A stretch of 63,990 nucleotides of DNA, the filler included, from Reclinomonas americana ATCC 50394 (Eukaryota): the NCBI GenBank assembly GCA_048213135.1. It is 9 parts of 9 records of this genome, joined end to end, with 100 filler letters (N's around TTAATTAATTAA, not from the genome) between each part and the next. Parts side by side here need not be neighbours in the genome. Positions count along the whole stretch, not along the records: positions 22,235 to 36,534 come from AFZH01017552.1; positions 36,635 to 41,047 come from AFZH01017553.1; positions 41,148 to 53,700 come from AFZH01017554.1; 6 more parts are not named here. One strand, given 5' to 3'. How positions within the stretch are numbered: the first letter of the stretch is position 1; every line of letters begins with the position of its first letter. Position numbers and translations under genes: made by a program. A model generated the notes under the pieces. It was not told the DNA's origin, searched no databases, and saw only the letters and a list, made by a program, of their open reading frames with translations. Of this stretch, positions 28,344-41,200 are shown in pieces.

Positions 28344-31300
28344 TCAAGGTGGTTGCTGGCTGGAACCTGCCGACGACAAAATGTCCCGTACGAATGCGCG
28401 ACCTGCGGCATGTGCAGCCAGAATGTCCACAAACAGGGTCTTGCTGTCGAGTCGATGCGGAGCGGAGTCGATGAGCGCCATGGCTTCTTGCACACACAGT
28501 CGCAAGCTTTGATGCACAGTGGTGCGCGCTGTTTCCACTTGTCAGTGCGCGCTGGAACAAAGGATGTCAAGTCGGCACGCAACTCTTCTCGTCCAGCTCC
28601 GTGTCGAGGGCAGCACACAGGATGCGCACAAATAGCTGCAAGCACTCTCGAACTGCGCCGACAAACTATGTACATCAACGGACGACACCATCAGGCACAC
28701 AATCACCATCGTCGGCAGACGACAAGAGTACAACTGACCTCACTGGTCGAGCACACTCGGTGTCGACACTGCAGACACACTTCACTGCTGCTGCGCATGA
28801 ACACTGTCCACGCACTGCAGTAGTGCATGCAGCGTAGCATCCACGGCAGCACCACCACACACGCAAAGACTAGCTGACGATCGCGCTCCACGGATTGTTC
28901 TGCAGCGGGCGCAGTCAGCCACACATGCTGATAGGCACAACAGTTAAAGAAACACCACAGACCGACATCGCACACGGCTCTCCACTGCTCTCGGAGACTG
29001 ACGGCGATGCCATCCACAATCAACGTGAACGAATAGCTGGCCGGCAGCGAGCACGCGGCAACAAAGAGCACGGGGCGCCACAGCACTGCAAACATCTCCG
29101 GCAGCAGACCGTGTGATGTGGCCGCTGTCACCGTAGGTTGTAGGTGCTGACAGCACACCAGCTGCATGAACCGGGGCATGGAGAAGAGCAGCGCAATGGT
29201 GCGCTGACATGCGCCACGAATGGCAGGCGTGTGCCACTGCCGTGGTGCGACCGCCGACAGCAGCGCCAGTAGGTGAGGTCGCGAGTCGCCAGTGGAGCAC
29301 TGCAGCGCCGCGGCGAGAAACTCCACTTGTTCTTCTCCATCCTCCTCGTCGCCGACACGGATTGTCGTCTCGGTCTCGTCTTGCTCGACGCCAGTAGTTT
29401 CGAGTGCTTCCTTGACCTTTGCAGACTCGGCCTCCACCTGCATACGATGATAGGAAATGACGATGGTGACATGTTGATGCGCGCTCACAATTAGACGCAC
29501 CGTGCACGATACCCGCTGCGCGAGAGTGCTGCTGGTGGAGATCGCCTCCAGGCAGGCGTACACGGGTGCCAGCAACGGCAGAGCGTGGTGGCCACGCATC
29601 GATTTCTGCAGGCATACCGAGGCACACAGACGCGCCACGGTGCCGCAGTCGGTGGCCGACAACAGGCGCCGACTGCATGCGTGCGTGACAACATGCTGCA
29701 ACGCGGGCAACACCGCACGAAGAGTCGACACGGACGACATGAATGTGGCAATAGTCGGCAGGAGTACCAAGTGCAAGTAGTGAGTTGTGCCAATGCACGC
29801 TCGCTCCAGCGGTGCCGTCGTGCACACCTTGTCAAGCAGTGAGAGAGTGCGGGAGAGAGTGTCTGCACGGAGTCAGCATCGAAAACGATGTTGCGGATAG
29901 GAATTGTAGAAGAGCGCACCGACGCCAATGCAACGCTGGGTGACGGCAAGATTGACGAGCGTGAGCAGCGCCGGGGCCGCCGAATCGCTGGCCAGTTCCG
30001 ACCACAACAGATCATGGCTATTCGTGTCGGTAGGATTCACGGTGGCCAACATGGCCAGTACCGCCAGCAGAGGTGTGGTGGACAGCGGAATGCGGCCCTC
30101 ACGACGCACAGCAATCTCGGCCGTCAGTTCGCGCACCACATGCAGCAGAGCAGCGTGTGGTGCGGTCGCCAGCACGGCGTGCAGTGCATCCATGGCCTCC
30201 TGCACGGTGACGATTAGGGCCGCGAAGGGGGAGAGTGGGAGAGAGATTGGACTGCTCACCTGCAATGCAGCGGCTACCGGCGGACGTGACAGCAGCGGTG
30301 GTGGCTGATGGTGGAGTGCCAGCAGCGGGGCCAGTCCTCCCCGTGCTACCGCCTCGGCCACCACATCGCCAGACATACAGCGGAAGATTCTGGCCAGGCC
30401 TCGCAGTGCCACGGTGGCCCCGCCGCCGGCGGCAAACGAGGCGCCGACCAGCATGCTGCGACGACAAGTATATGAGGAGAGACGTGTGCTGAGCTCACGC
30501 AACGACAAAACGGACAGACCCCTGCGTGGCGTAGAACTTGCAGAGCTCCGCCACTGCCACGATGGCCTCACTGACAACTCCTGGTGATACACACAGCAGC
30601 AGGGCGTTGCGCAGGTTGTGCAGGAGAGCTTCGTGACCTGTGCACGGGCGAATGTGAATCATTCTGTTCACAAGGAAGTGTGGAGAAGCAAAGACGACGA
30701 CGAACTGCTGAGTGAACTCGATCCAGCCGATGGATTGCGCAGCGCAGGAGTGGTAGACGACAGGGACCAGAGTAGTGATCGTGAAGTCGGGGAGCGCAGA
30801 AAGGCGACCGTCTGTACGGCCATGCTTTGCATTGCGGCAGGCAACCAGGGCATCGTCGACGGCAGCTGACACGTGATGCAGGCAACACCGGCGCACGCCA
30901 CACACTGCAGAAACACATCTGCGTGCACAGCGTCACGACGCGGCAAAGGAATCGTACAAACAGCGACGTCCGCACACACACCAGGTGCTGCAATTGTACC
31001 GAGGAGGTTTGTTGTGCGCACCAGTGCGGCGCATGCCGTCCAGAACGAGTCGACGAGCAACACCTCGCGAACCATGTCTGCCGCACGATGATGAGATACA
31101 TGAACAGGAACACGTCACAGAAGAAAGTGTGTGCATGCCAACCTGCCTCGTGGTGCATCAACAGCGCCACGAGATGCACCGATACGGAAGATGCCACGAC
31201 GGCAAGACTCTCCTCGTCGCCACCAACGTCACGCATTCGCGACAACAGCGCCCGCTGTGCCAAGTCGCTTCAGTTCCAGCCCCCAGATCATTCATGCATG

Positions 31301-33429
31301 CATGTGAACGCAACATGGTGCGCGGCGTCGCAGTGCATCGGTGTCAGCACAAGTGCACATTCGCGGAGCGACGGCTCTGCCGTCATCACACTGCCGGCTT
31401 GCTCTCCCTCCGGCAGCAGCAACTCGGGCAGCACGACGTGCAGCAGATGGTCACGCACTCGTGGATGCGACAGTGCAGTGGGCACGGGAGTGAAGTGCGT
31501 TGCGAGCAGCAGCAGTGCGCGCGAATACAACTCTTGAAGAACAGTCAGTTGCGGTCGTGGACCTGGGTGGGATGTGGGGGTGGGTGAGTTGCGAGGCGGC
31601 ACCAAGACGACAACAAATGTGAAGTGCGCACCGCTAGCATCCATCTTGCACTGGTCCTCCACGGCCGGCATCAACGCCTCCAACAGACCACACCTGCAGT
31701 GAGCGAACAGTGAGGAAGCGACTGGAACCATATATACCAACACGATAACTCACGAGCACAGCGGTGTCAGAATAGCCATCGATAATTCAGTAGGGAGCTC
31801 CAGCACAGTTTGCAGAACGCGCACATAGTCGTCGAACAGTGGCGCAGGTGCACCTGCTGTGACAAGCATGAGCGAGCGCCTCACGCGTCACCAGAGCAGG
31901 CCATCACACACACGCACCTTGGCCAGTAACTTCGGCGGCGAGGGTCACTGCCAGCGACCACTGAGTGATTTGCACCATGGGTGCGATCACGGCGGGAGGC
32001 GCCTTGCGCTCCCTGCCAGGTCAGTGAGTGAGACGGCACTTTGGCATCTCCCACAACAGTGACATCACTTGCATACCTCAACAGCACCAAGGCCCGACAC
32101 AGCAAACGAGGCGCGATGGCTTCAAGGGCCATCGTGCACGCCACCGGACACCACGTCCAGCAGTGCACACACAGAGCTGACCATGCGCGCCGCTCGTCGT
32201 CGCCACTCACCTCCGCCGACGAGAGCACACATTGCGCCAGGTGATTGACGAGCGACATGAAAGTGTACAGCGGCAGCAAGCTGCGCGCCATTCCATGTCG
32301 CAGAGGTCTGAGTGTCGCACCTCGCAGTCTGTGATACAACGTACTCTTCGCATCCATTGCCGCGTGCTCTGCTTTCACACTCAACGATGAATGCACAGCG
32401 ACACGACTCTCACTCACCACCACTGCCTCGGCACGCAACTCTGCGGATACACCACGCGACACGACTGCCACATGTCCGCCACCACCTGCAACGCCGCCAC
32501 CTGCCGTGAGGGGATGCCCGCATGACTGGCCAGCAGCCGCATCAGAGGCCACAGCATGCGCGTCCCAAACACCAGCAGCAGCAGCATCGACGACGACCCC
32601 TCTCCATGTTCATCACCATCGCGAAATACCGCACGAAGCAACCGATCCACGTGCTCAGCAGCCGTGGCCCCACGCATCGGCACCTCGGACCATCTCCACT
32701 GTTCACACATCGACGATCGTGCGAGTGCACGAGCCATCACCTGCAACGCGCGCCACACGCCACTGGTGACTCGTGTCGGTGGCACACTCCGCTGGCACTG
32801 CTCCCACAGCCATCGCATGAGCAGTGTGGGATCCCCCGGCAACTCACACAACGCACACCGTCGTCGCAGCCATTGTGTTGCACTCGACAGCATGTCCAAA
32901 CCGGTGCCACTCACTACCAGCAGCATGCGCCAACCAGCCAACACGGATGACGGCGGCGACGACGTCAACAGCGACAACAACAATCGCACTTGTTCATGCA
33001 GCAGCGGCACACCAGTACTGCTGCTCCTCTTCATCTGCATCACCACGCGCACCAACAACGCGTCTCTCAGTGCATCAACAACACGAGCAGCAGCAGCCGC
33101 TGCAGCAATGACTGATCGTGGTGGTGGCATGGCCAGCCACCAGCATCGCAACCAGCGCACCACTCGCCGTGCAAAGCGTCGCCGCTCGACAGCTGTCGGC
33201 GGGAGCCCGAGTCGCACACTCAACTCTGCCAGTCGCTGCAAGCAAGCACCATTCAATGATGATGCAACGGAAAGGCGTGCACGGCCAGCAACACCAGTGA
33301 TACCTTTTCTGCAGCTTTGTTGCCGTGCCCAGTCGCACTCGTGATGGCGGTGTCGGAGAGCACGACAATGCGACCACTGGTGCGATCCAATGCGAATCCA
33401 GTCGGAAGTAAATCGCTCAAGAGCGACAT
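28344..33429 (-). CDS. large uncharacterised Leu/Ala-rich, probably alpha-solenoid protein (multi-exon)
   Basis: Chain of GT-AG-bounded minus-strand exons from ATG 33429 (MSLLSDLLPTG..) to stop at 28344, with amphipathic helical pattern. No family recognised and exon structure is approximate. Confidence 0.55.
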
Positions 33430-33691
33430 GGCGGCACAGGTGATCGCGCCAGTTCCCGTCTTAGAGACTATAGAATGCGAAACGAAGAAACCGACAATTG
33501 CAAGTCGACCTCGTGAAATTTCCCGAGAGTCGACATCGATCTCGCCGATTTAGCTCGTGAGCTCAGGTGCGTTGAATGTGTGCGTGCGCGCGCGCGTGTG
33601 TGTGTATGTGCCGTGTGACTGACAGCGACGCACGGTGTTTGCGCGCGTGTGTGTTGCAGAAAACGCAGTGAGTCGACTTTGACTGGTCGAC

Positions 33692-35783
33692 ATGGATAAC
33701 TTCTTCCGCTCGGGCTCGGTTGCGTCTCTCTCCTGCTCACTCTCCCCTACGCACTCTCACTCGTACGCGTGCAACTCAGGGCATGTCATTCTTCGGCAAC
33801 GGTGGCACCACTCCCGGTGCAACACCCGGATTGGTCACCACACCCGGCGTTCTCAGTGACATTCCCACCTCCGCCATTCATTCGGCCCTGCTTGGTGGCG
33901 ATGGCGGCATGGCCTCGCAATCGCCCGGCCTGCTGTTCACACCACCCGCATCGATGTTCCCGCAGGCGACGAATTTGTTTGAGTCATCGCAAGAGTCGAC
34001 TGTGATTGCGCAGCCGGCCTCTGCTGCCGCCGCCGCCGCTGCTGCTCCGAACAGTGAGTCAATGTCGCAGCCACCGGAGACACCACCCGCTGTGCGAGCC
34101 ACGTCGGCCATTGTGCAGGTGCCGCGTGACAAGTCGCCCAAGTCACTCAGTCCACGCCCAGCACGTGTGTCGCCACCGCCGACAGACTTGCTCCCACCAC
34201 CACCACCTCCGCCTCCACCTCCTCCTCCTCCTCCTCCACCGCCACCGCCACCACCGCCACCATCATCAATGATCGTGGCAGAGGCACCGCGACCGCAAGA
34301 TAGCGATGCAATGGAGGCGATGGAAGCGGCACGCATTCTCAGCACCACCACCACCACGACGACCACCACCACCACCGCAACCACCGCGACCACCGTCGCT
34401 ACCGTCGCTGCTGCTGGTGGCAACGGCGCGGCGGCGACGACGGCCACGTCTGCTGTGCCGGGTGCAGTGACAGTCAGTCGCCCGTGTTCGTGGACGCTGC
34501 TGCAAAACTTTCTGCCGCCGAGCACGGCGTTTTCGTACACGGTGTCGTTCAAGGCCGCGAAGAAGCCGGGCTGGTCGGCGGTGGTCCCCGATGTGCTGTA
34601 CACCAAGGTGTGTGTGTGTGTGTTGTCTTACATTGCCGCTGCTGCAGCGTGGTCTCATCGCGTGCGCGCGCATGTAGGGTTACTTTTGGGACATTCGGTT
34701 GGAGCTGGAGCAGCTGGTGCCGTCGGAGGGCGAGTCGCTGTCGGCCCGGGTGTCGCTGGTCACCGAAGACGGCGAGGCGGCAGTCAACAACAATCCGAAG
34801 CAGCAGTACCAGACGCTCTTTGGCGAACTGACGGTGCAGTTTGAGAAGCGCGCCGACTCGGGTGGCTTCTCCGCCACGGCGCGCGTCAATCTGCTGACCA
34901 CGTCCTACTTGGTGCGCCATCACTCTCTTCGCGATCACGCACACGACACACACACGCTCATTTGTTGTTTTTCCGCACACAGAATGGTCGTCGAGCGTTG
35001 TGTTTCCGCGTGGAGGTCCTGTCCATGCCGTCGGGCACGCCGCTGATGGTACTGCAATCGAGCCCGTTCCAGTGCCGCGCCAAGAAGCCCGTCAATCGAT
35101 CGCCGAGTCCGCCTGCTGTCGCCGCTCACCCAGTGTCGGTTGGCGCCAAGTCTTCCACTGGTGCGTCGGCCGCCGCCGCTGCTGCCGCCGCCGGCACAAC
35201 GACGACGACCACAACATCCGCTGATGCCAGCAAGGGTTCGGTGACCCCCAAGCGCCGAGCAGCGAATGGCACCAGGAAGTCACCACGCCGGGGCCGGCAG
35301 GTGACTGGAAAGCGCTCGCGTGGCGGTCGGCGGCGGTACAGCCACGATTCCGACGACGACGACGACGATGATGACGATGATGACGATGAGGACGCAGAGG
35401 AGTTGCTGGACGATGATGAGGACAATGCGGAGGACGATGACGAGGAGGATGCGCTGGGCAGCGACGGCTCCGCCGCCAAGCCGATGCGTGTCGACCGCAC
35501 TCGGCGGCAACCGAAGCGAAACACACGGGCATCCACCGCGGCGGCGGCGTCTTCTGTGTCGCCAGCGCGGAAACGTGCACGGCAGTCGTCTGCATCTTCA
35601 CTTGCCGCCACCACAACAACCGCAACGGCTTCCGCCTCCCCACCACAACCACCCGCACCACCACGAGTCAGCTCGTCGTACACAGAAGAGGAGCTGAAGG
35701 CGTTTGTGGAGGGTCTCACGGCGCCGCAGCGCGTGCTGCTTCAGGCGCTGCTGACGACGGAGACACCGCCTGGTGGTGGTTAG
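33692..35783 (+). CDS. putative CudA-family (STAT-like beta-sandwich) transcription factor with low-complexity flanks
   Basis: MDNFFRSGS/GMSFF.. start. Central domain VPDVLYTK/GYFWDIRL..TLFGELTVQF..ATARVNLLTTSYL/NGRRALCFRVEV..QSSPFQCRAKKP resembles the CudA/ECudA core end. Followed by basic NLS-like and acidic tracts. Confidence 0.55.
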
Positions 35784-35940
35784 TAGCACCATGTGTGAAT
35801 CCGCGATCTGTCCTTCTCTTATTTTCTCATCTTGGTGGAGCGTAATGAATTGTGTGCATGTGTGTGTGTGTGATAACGAATGAATTTCACCATACTGATG
35901 AGGAGGGGTGACAGGCACTAAAACGATGGAGATCCTTCCA

Positions 35941-36534
35941 TCAAACGTGACTGTTCGGCGCCGTGAACAACTTGTTGCCGGCTTGGAGACGGTGCTGTGT
36001 GTCGCGATTGAAAAAATGAGATGCTGTCTGCAACGCGGCGGAGAGGAGCACGTGCACGCGTACCGTGAACTGGCAAGGGATTGGCAACTCGATGAGATCG
36101 CCACCGTCGGCACTCGGAATGTTGACATTCAGGTCGCTGGAGGTCGCGTGCTGCGTGCAGGCAATCGTGTGGAGTGCGTTGTAAGTGTGTGGGATACAAC
36201 AGCTCATTTCGTGGAGAACAGATACGCAACCACAATCTCAATGTCGAGGGTGTCCTTGGAGAGGTACACCTGGCAACCGTCCGTGCTATCAATCTGCATG
36301 GACGGGCACTTGCCGAGGACCTGCAACTGCACGGCGTTGCTGCCGTTGACGTTGAAGCCGGACACCACATTGTCGACCACAACAGCCACGCGATTGCAGC
36401 GCTCCAACGACACACTGTTGACCTTGCCGTGGACGCGCACTGTGGAATTCGAGCAGTTCACCAGGGCCACCGCGTGACGCAGGTTGGTATCGGTGAGCTC
36501 CACCGGCGCCGACTCGTCCACCAGATTCTCCAGC
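35941..36534 (-). CDS. adenylyl cyclase-associated protein C-terminal (CARP) beta-helix domain; upstream part in gap
   Basis: VNCSNSTVRVHGKVNSVSLERCNRVAVVVDNVVS..QLQVLGKCPSMQIDSTDGCQVYLSKDTLDIEIV/..SSDLNVNIP..GDLIELPIPCQFT/..KLFTAPNSHV*. Confidence 0.9.
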
Positions 36535-36634
36535 NNNNNNNNNNNNNNNNNNNNNNNNNNNNNNNNNNNNNNNNNNNNTTAATTAATTAANNNNNNNNNN
36601 NNNNNNNNNNNNNNNNNNNNNNNNNNNNNNNNNN

Positions 36635-37531
36635 GCCGGTGCTGGAGCAGGAGCAGGCGCAGCCACTGGAGCCGGGGCAGGAGCAGGAGCATGCGCGGCC
36701 ACTGGGGCTGGCGCCGGAGCAGCCACTGGAGCCGGGGCTGGGGCAGCAGATGCCGAAGCAGCAGACGCAGCAGCAGCAGCAGCTGGCGCGCGGCTGCCAG
36801 ACGCCAGACTGGCACGACCAACACCGCCCATGGCAGTCTCCACCTTCTTCAGCACATCGGCCTCGTTGAGGCGATCACCATCGGCCAAATGCACCTCCAC
36901 ATTGATACCCTGTCGACGCGGGTTTTCAGCAGCACGCATGAGCGACAAGAGAACGCACACACAGTACCTCAAACACTTTCGGCACATCGGACTTGTACGC
37001 CATGACTCGTCCGCGTTTCAGCGGGCTCACACCCTCACCCACGTGCGTCTGTGCCACACAATCAATCAATCACTCACACACATACACTCTTTCTCCTCTC
37101 TCTCACACATGTACGCAACAATGAGCACAATCTTGGACTGTGTTCCCGAGTCGCTGACCATCTCCACACGCACAGCCGCCAGCATAATCTGAGTGAGAGA
37201 GTGAATGAGAGAGTGGAATGTGAGTGAGCTTACTTCGCAACACGTACACGCACCTCAGTGGGCTCCAACAGCGACGCCACGTGCGAAAACAGCGAGTGAA
37301 TGTCAGTGTAACCCGAGGCCGCCACCATCAAAGAACCAGCTTGTTGCGGATGGAACTATTAACATGCACACATTCATCAATCAATGCACACACACACACA
37401 GTGCATGCATGTGCATGCGGAAAAAACACATGATCTCTCACCTTGTACACCACATAGTTGATGGGTGAAGGGTTGGTGCGCAGGGTGGCATACGCGTCGC
37501 GGCCGGCGGCATCTCCAAAGCTCAGCGCCAT
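36635..37531 (-). CDS. coactosin-like ADF-H domain followed by Pro/Ala linker (runs into gap)
   Basis: MALSFGDAAGRDAYATLRTNPSPINYVVYK/..SKIVLI/THVGEGVSPLKRGRVMAYKSDVPKVFE/GINVEVHL..LNEADVLKKVETAMGG matches the coactosin/drebrin ADF-H pattern. Confidence 0.8.
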
Positions 37532-37588
37532 CTTTGATTGCGGAAAATCCCTTGATCTCCCTTCACTGTAGACGGGTTTGTTTACATT

Positions 37589-40500
37589 TCACTCTGTGAT
37601 CTCTGTGCCGGGCTCCTTGAAGGTTTCGCTGGCGAGGAAGGCCAGTTCGCGATCGGCGTCGGTGATTAGCGACGGGTGCCGGTACATGTTGTGCACGACC
37701 ATGGCGAATTCGCTCATGTTCAGCGAGGCCGAGAGGGGACCCGATGTGCGCTGGGAATCAACAAAACAGAAGTGCGTGTTAGCATCGCTGTTGTGTATTC
37801 ATCGGTGGTGGTGTGCAGACCTCGAGTGCCGATCGGCGCAGCTTGCGGTAGCGGAACCACAGCCACCAGCCCAAGTAAATGCAGCTTCCGCCTGCGCAAG
37901 TGTGTGAGAGTCGTCTCGCGATCGACAAACAAAACACACCGCTTCAACGCACAGAACAACAGGAACGAGACGACAATGAGTGGGATGTGCTGTTGGCCCA
38001 GGCAGAAGGCTGCGGAGGAAATGAGCGTGAGGCACAAAAGGCGGGCACGCACACTCACACGAGTGCACGAACCAAACCACACAAAGTTGAACACAATGAC
38101 AATGGTGAAGAAGATGATGGAGAGAGTCTTGAGGAAGTGGGGCGTGCACAGCAGGCGTGCACCCTCCAGTTCTGAGCGCGTGATGCGCCGGTAAAAGTTG
38201 TATCTGCATGCGACAGCAAGCGCGGCGAATGAGTCGAGCGAGCGTGACGAACGGTGGCACACTCCCGCAACTTGTCGATCAAGTGCGCAATGTAGAACGA
38301 GACCAAGCCAATGGGCGCCAGCAGTGGTACAAAGAGGCTGCGATTGGCGAGGAGAGATGAGAGGAGGAACAGGAGTTTGGAGCACTGACTACACAAACCT
38401 GAACGCGAAAACAACACAAAAGTTGGTAATGGCCAGCGCATAAAAGTAGTGATACTCGTACTCGTACGGCTGCATGGCCTCACGCATCTCCTTGGGAGAG
38501 ACGGCACTGCGGGTGGATGGGCACAAGTGAGACCTACATGTAACGCTGCAAGCATTCGCGTAAGCATGCACACCTTCTGGCCGTCCAGAAGATCACAATC
38601 GAGTCGTACAGGCGCGTAATGTTGAAGGCGTTGCCGGCAAACATGACTTGCAACATGTAGCTGTGATATCGCAGGGTTGGAGAGAGAGAGAGGCCATCGG
38701 CGGTAAGAGAAACACCACACTGTGTCACGCAACGCAGTGAAAAACAGCGTGTTGTGCTCCGTGTAGATCTGTTGCTCCGTCGCACACGCAGTGTCAGCGC
38801 ACGATAGCAGGGGGCAACTCCCTCCTTCCCACGCCACACCTTGGACATGATGGTTGCAAACGATGCGCCCGACGCCTGCCTCTGGAGCAGCGCGCTGACA
38901 GTAGTGACAGCCAGGCACGGCAGCAAAAAGGTGCTGAGCAACATGAAAATGCAGATGCGCACAAAGCTGGAGGCTTGCCGATACGTTCGCGAGATGGGCA
39001 ACTCGAACCGCGACTGCAGCAGCATCGTGTGAGGGCTCACCCTCACGCACAATACTCTCTTCGACAGACAAACCAGGAAAATGATGAGCGGCGGAATGGC
39101 CACATTGATCTGTCACACGGAAGTGATGAGGACGCAACCACCACATTCACATACACAAGCTCGCACACACACACACACACACACACCAGCAGAATCAAGA
39201 GTGTCGGAATTTCAGCAGTGACGAGACCCGCGAGGTAGGCTGGTCGACAGAGGTCAGCAGCGATTTCAAAATGTCGTGCGTGTCCACACAGTGACAATCA
39301 GAAAAACGCAACGACTGAACACGAGTGCATTCTTGACGGCCTGACCAAGCACGGCCTCGGCGGTTTCGCCATTCAGTGTTGTCAGAATGGCCAGCGGTGA
39401 CGACAAGAAGATGACGAGGAATGCGAACAGGATGCGCCAGAATGTCATCTGCACGGCCGGGTCAGCGAAACATCATGAAATCGCACATGCGCGTACGCAA
39501 CAGCAACGTAGCGACGCCAGCGTGGGACGTGCATGTTGACCCACTCGATTTCGTCGGACCTCATCGCCTTGGACAGCCGCCACGGGGATTTGGACTGAGA
39601 GCGCAGTGAGCGCCTATTGCCTGCCCTGTCCGCGATGACGAGAGAGCAGCAAATCAAACCTTGATCGCCGCATACACCAACTGCGTGTCGTCAAAGGTGA
39701 CAAAGGCGCGACCGCAGCACACGTCGGAAATATTGGTACGATCGGTGAGCATTTTGCGTGCCGTGGCGAGACGCTGCTCGTCGACCTCGAGCTTGGTCTT
39801 GGCTTGCGTGTGCCACAGATCATCCCTGGTTCGCACATTGAAATGTCGTGAGCCTCAAGCCATACGATATCTTGCTCTGGTTCCTAGTCGCAACTTTCTG
39901 CCGCACTTGCAGCAGCAGCAGCAGTGCCACGAGAAGCGCGCGAGATGTTCACGGTCGTCGGCCTCCACCAAACGCAACACACACGCCCGCTCCAGCTCCT
40001 CCCTATCCTTCTCCACATTCTCCAGCGAGCGCAAGTACCAACGAAGATCCGGAATCACCTGTCGTCCACATTCAACACCAAGAGAGTGACATACAGTCCA
40101 TCACACACGAGCGAAAAACCTCCAAGTGCAAGAGGCGGTGCGCTCCAAAAATGCGTCCAAAGTACTCCGACACTCGCCGGTGCACGGCGGCCACGGGCTC
40201 TCGCGGTAATCCCTCAACAAGCACCGTGCGTCGCGCCACGATACCCTCGTGATCCCGGGTCAGCCGCAGCATATGCAGCAGATTCTGCGGCAGCATGTGG
40301 AACACATCCATCTTGTACAGTGCAAGGGCTGTAAACAGCACGCCGAGCACCATGGAGGCCCACAAGCGGTCGGTCTGCAGCGCTGCGTGTGGCGAAGAAG
40401 ATTGAATGGGAGACGGAGGTGAGAGGAGAAAACTTTGTAGAAAACCAACCTTGCACATTCTCCACCGTCGTAATCAGAAACGCAAACTGGGTGTGACCAT

Positions 40501-41047
40501 TATCAAGCCTACGGAGGAAGGGGCGTGAGGTGCCCGGGCGAACTACGATGCTTGCAGAAAAAATAGCGATGAACGCACACTTTGCCAGTGGCGTAGACGG
40601 GTACCAGAATGACAATGGCGGGTCCACACATGAGTAGCAACACAATGATGATTGCGCGTTGCATGCACAGGTACAGAGTGGCGTCACGACCAGTGATGCG
40701 CTCCTCCTGCACACACACACACACGTATCAGCAACAGAGAGCAAGAAGAAGACAGAACCTGCGTGGCACGAAACTTGAGGATTGTGCCACTGAAACAGCT
40801 CACGCCACGACACAGAGCGATGACCCGCGTGCGGCTCGTACAGCAGCTTCTCGTACTCCTCGGCTGTGCATGACAACACTCAGTGCCCGCTCGAGAGTGT
40901 CTCCTGCACGCGCGCGCATGTACCTTGATCAGCATCATGATGCGCCAGGTCCTCTTCTGCATCTTCCGCCCGTCGTTTCTCCGACGACGACGACGACGCC
41001 GCCGCCGCCGCCGCAGCCGCCGAGGCCGCCGCTGATGTCGGAGTCGG
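37589..41047 (-). CDS. OSCA/TMEM63/CSC1-family calcium-permeable channel (5' end in gap)
   Basis: GRDATLYLCMQR, RRTVLVEGLP, GRAFVTF, DEIEWVNM, FLSSPLAIL, FFTAYMLQ, YEYEYHYFYAL..FSLFVPLLAPIGL..LIDKYNFY, MYRHPSL; stop at 37589. Confidence 0.9.
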
Positions 41048-41200
41048 NNNNNNNNNNNNNNNNNNNNNNNNNNNNNNNNNNNNNNNNNNNNTTAATTAAT
41101 TAANNNNNNNNNNNNNNNNNNNNNNNNNNNNNNNNNNNNNNNNNNNNCTTCATTGCTGTGTTTTTCAGTCTCCACTCACCCCCCCCGCGCGTCGTGACAG

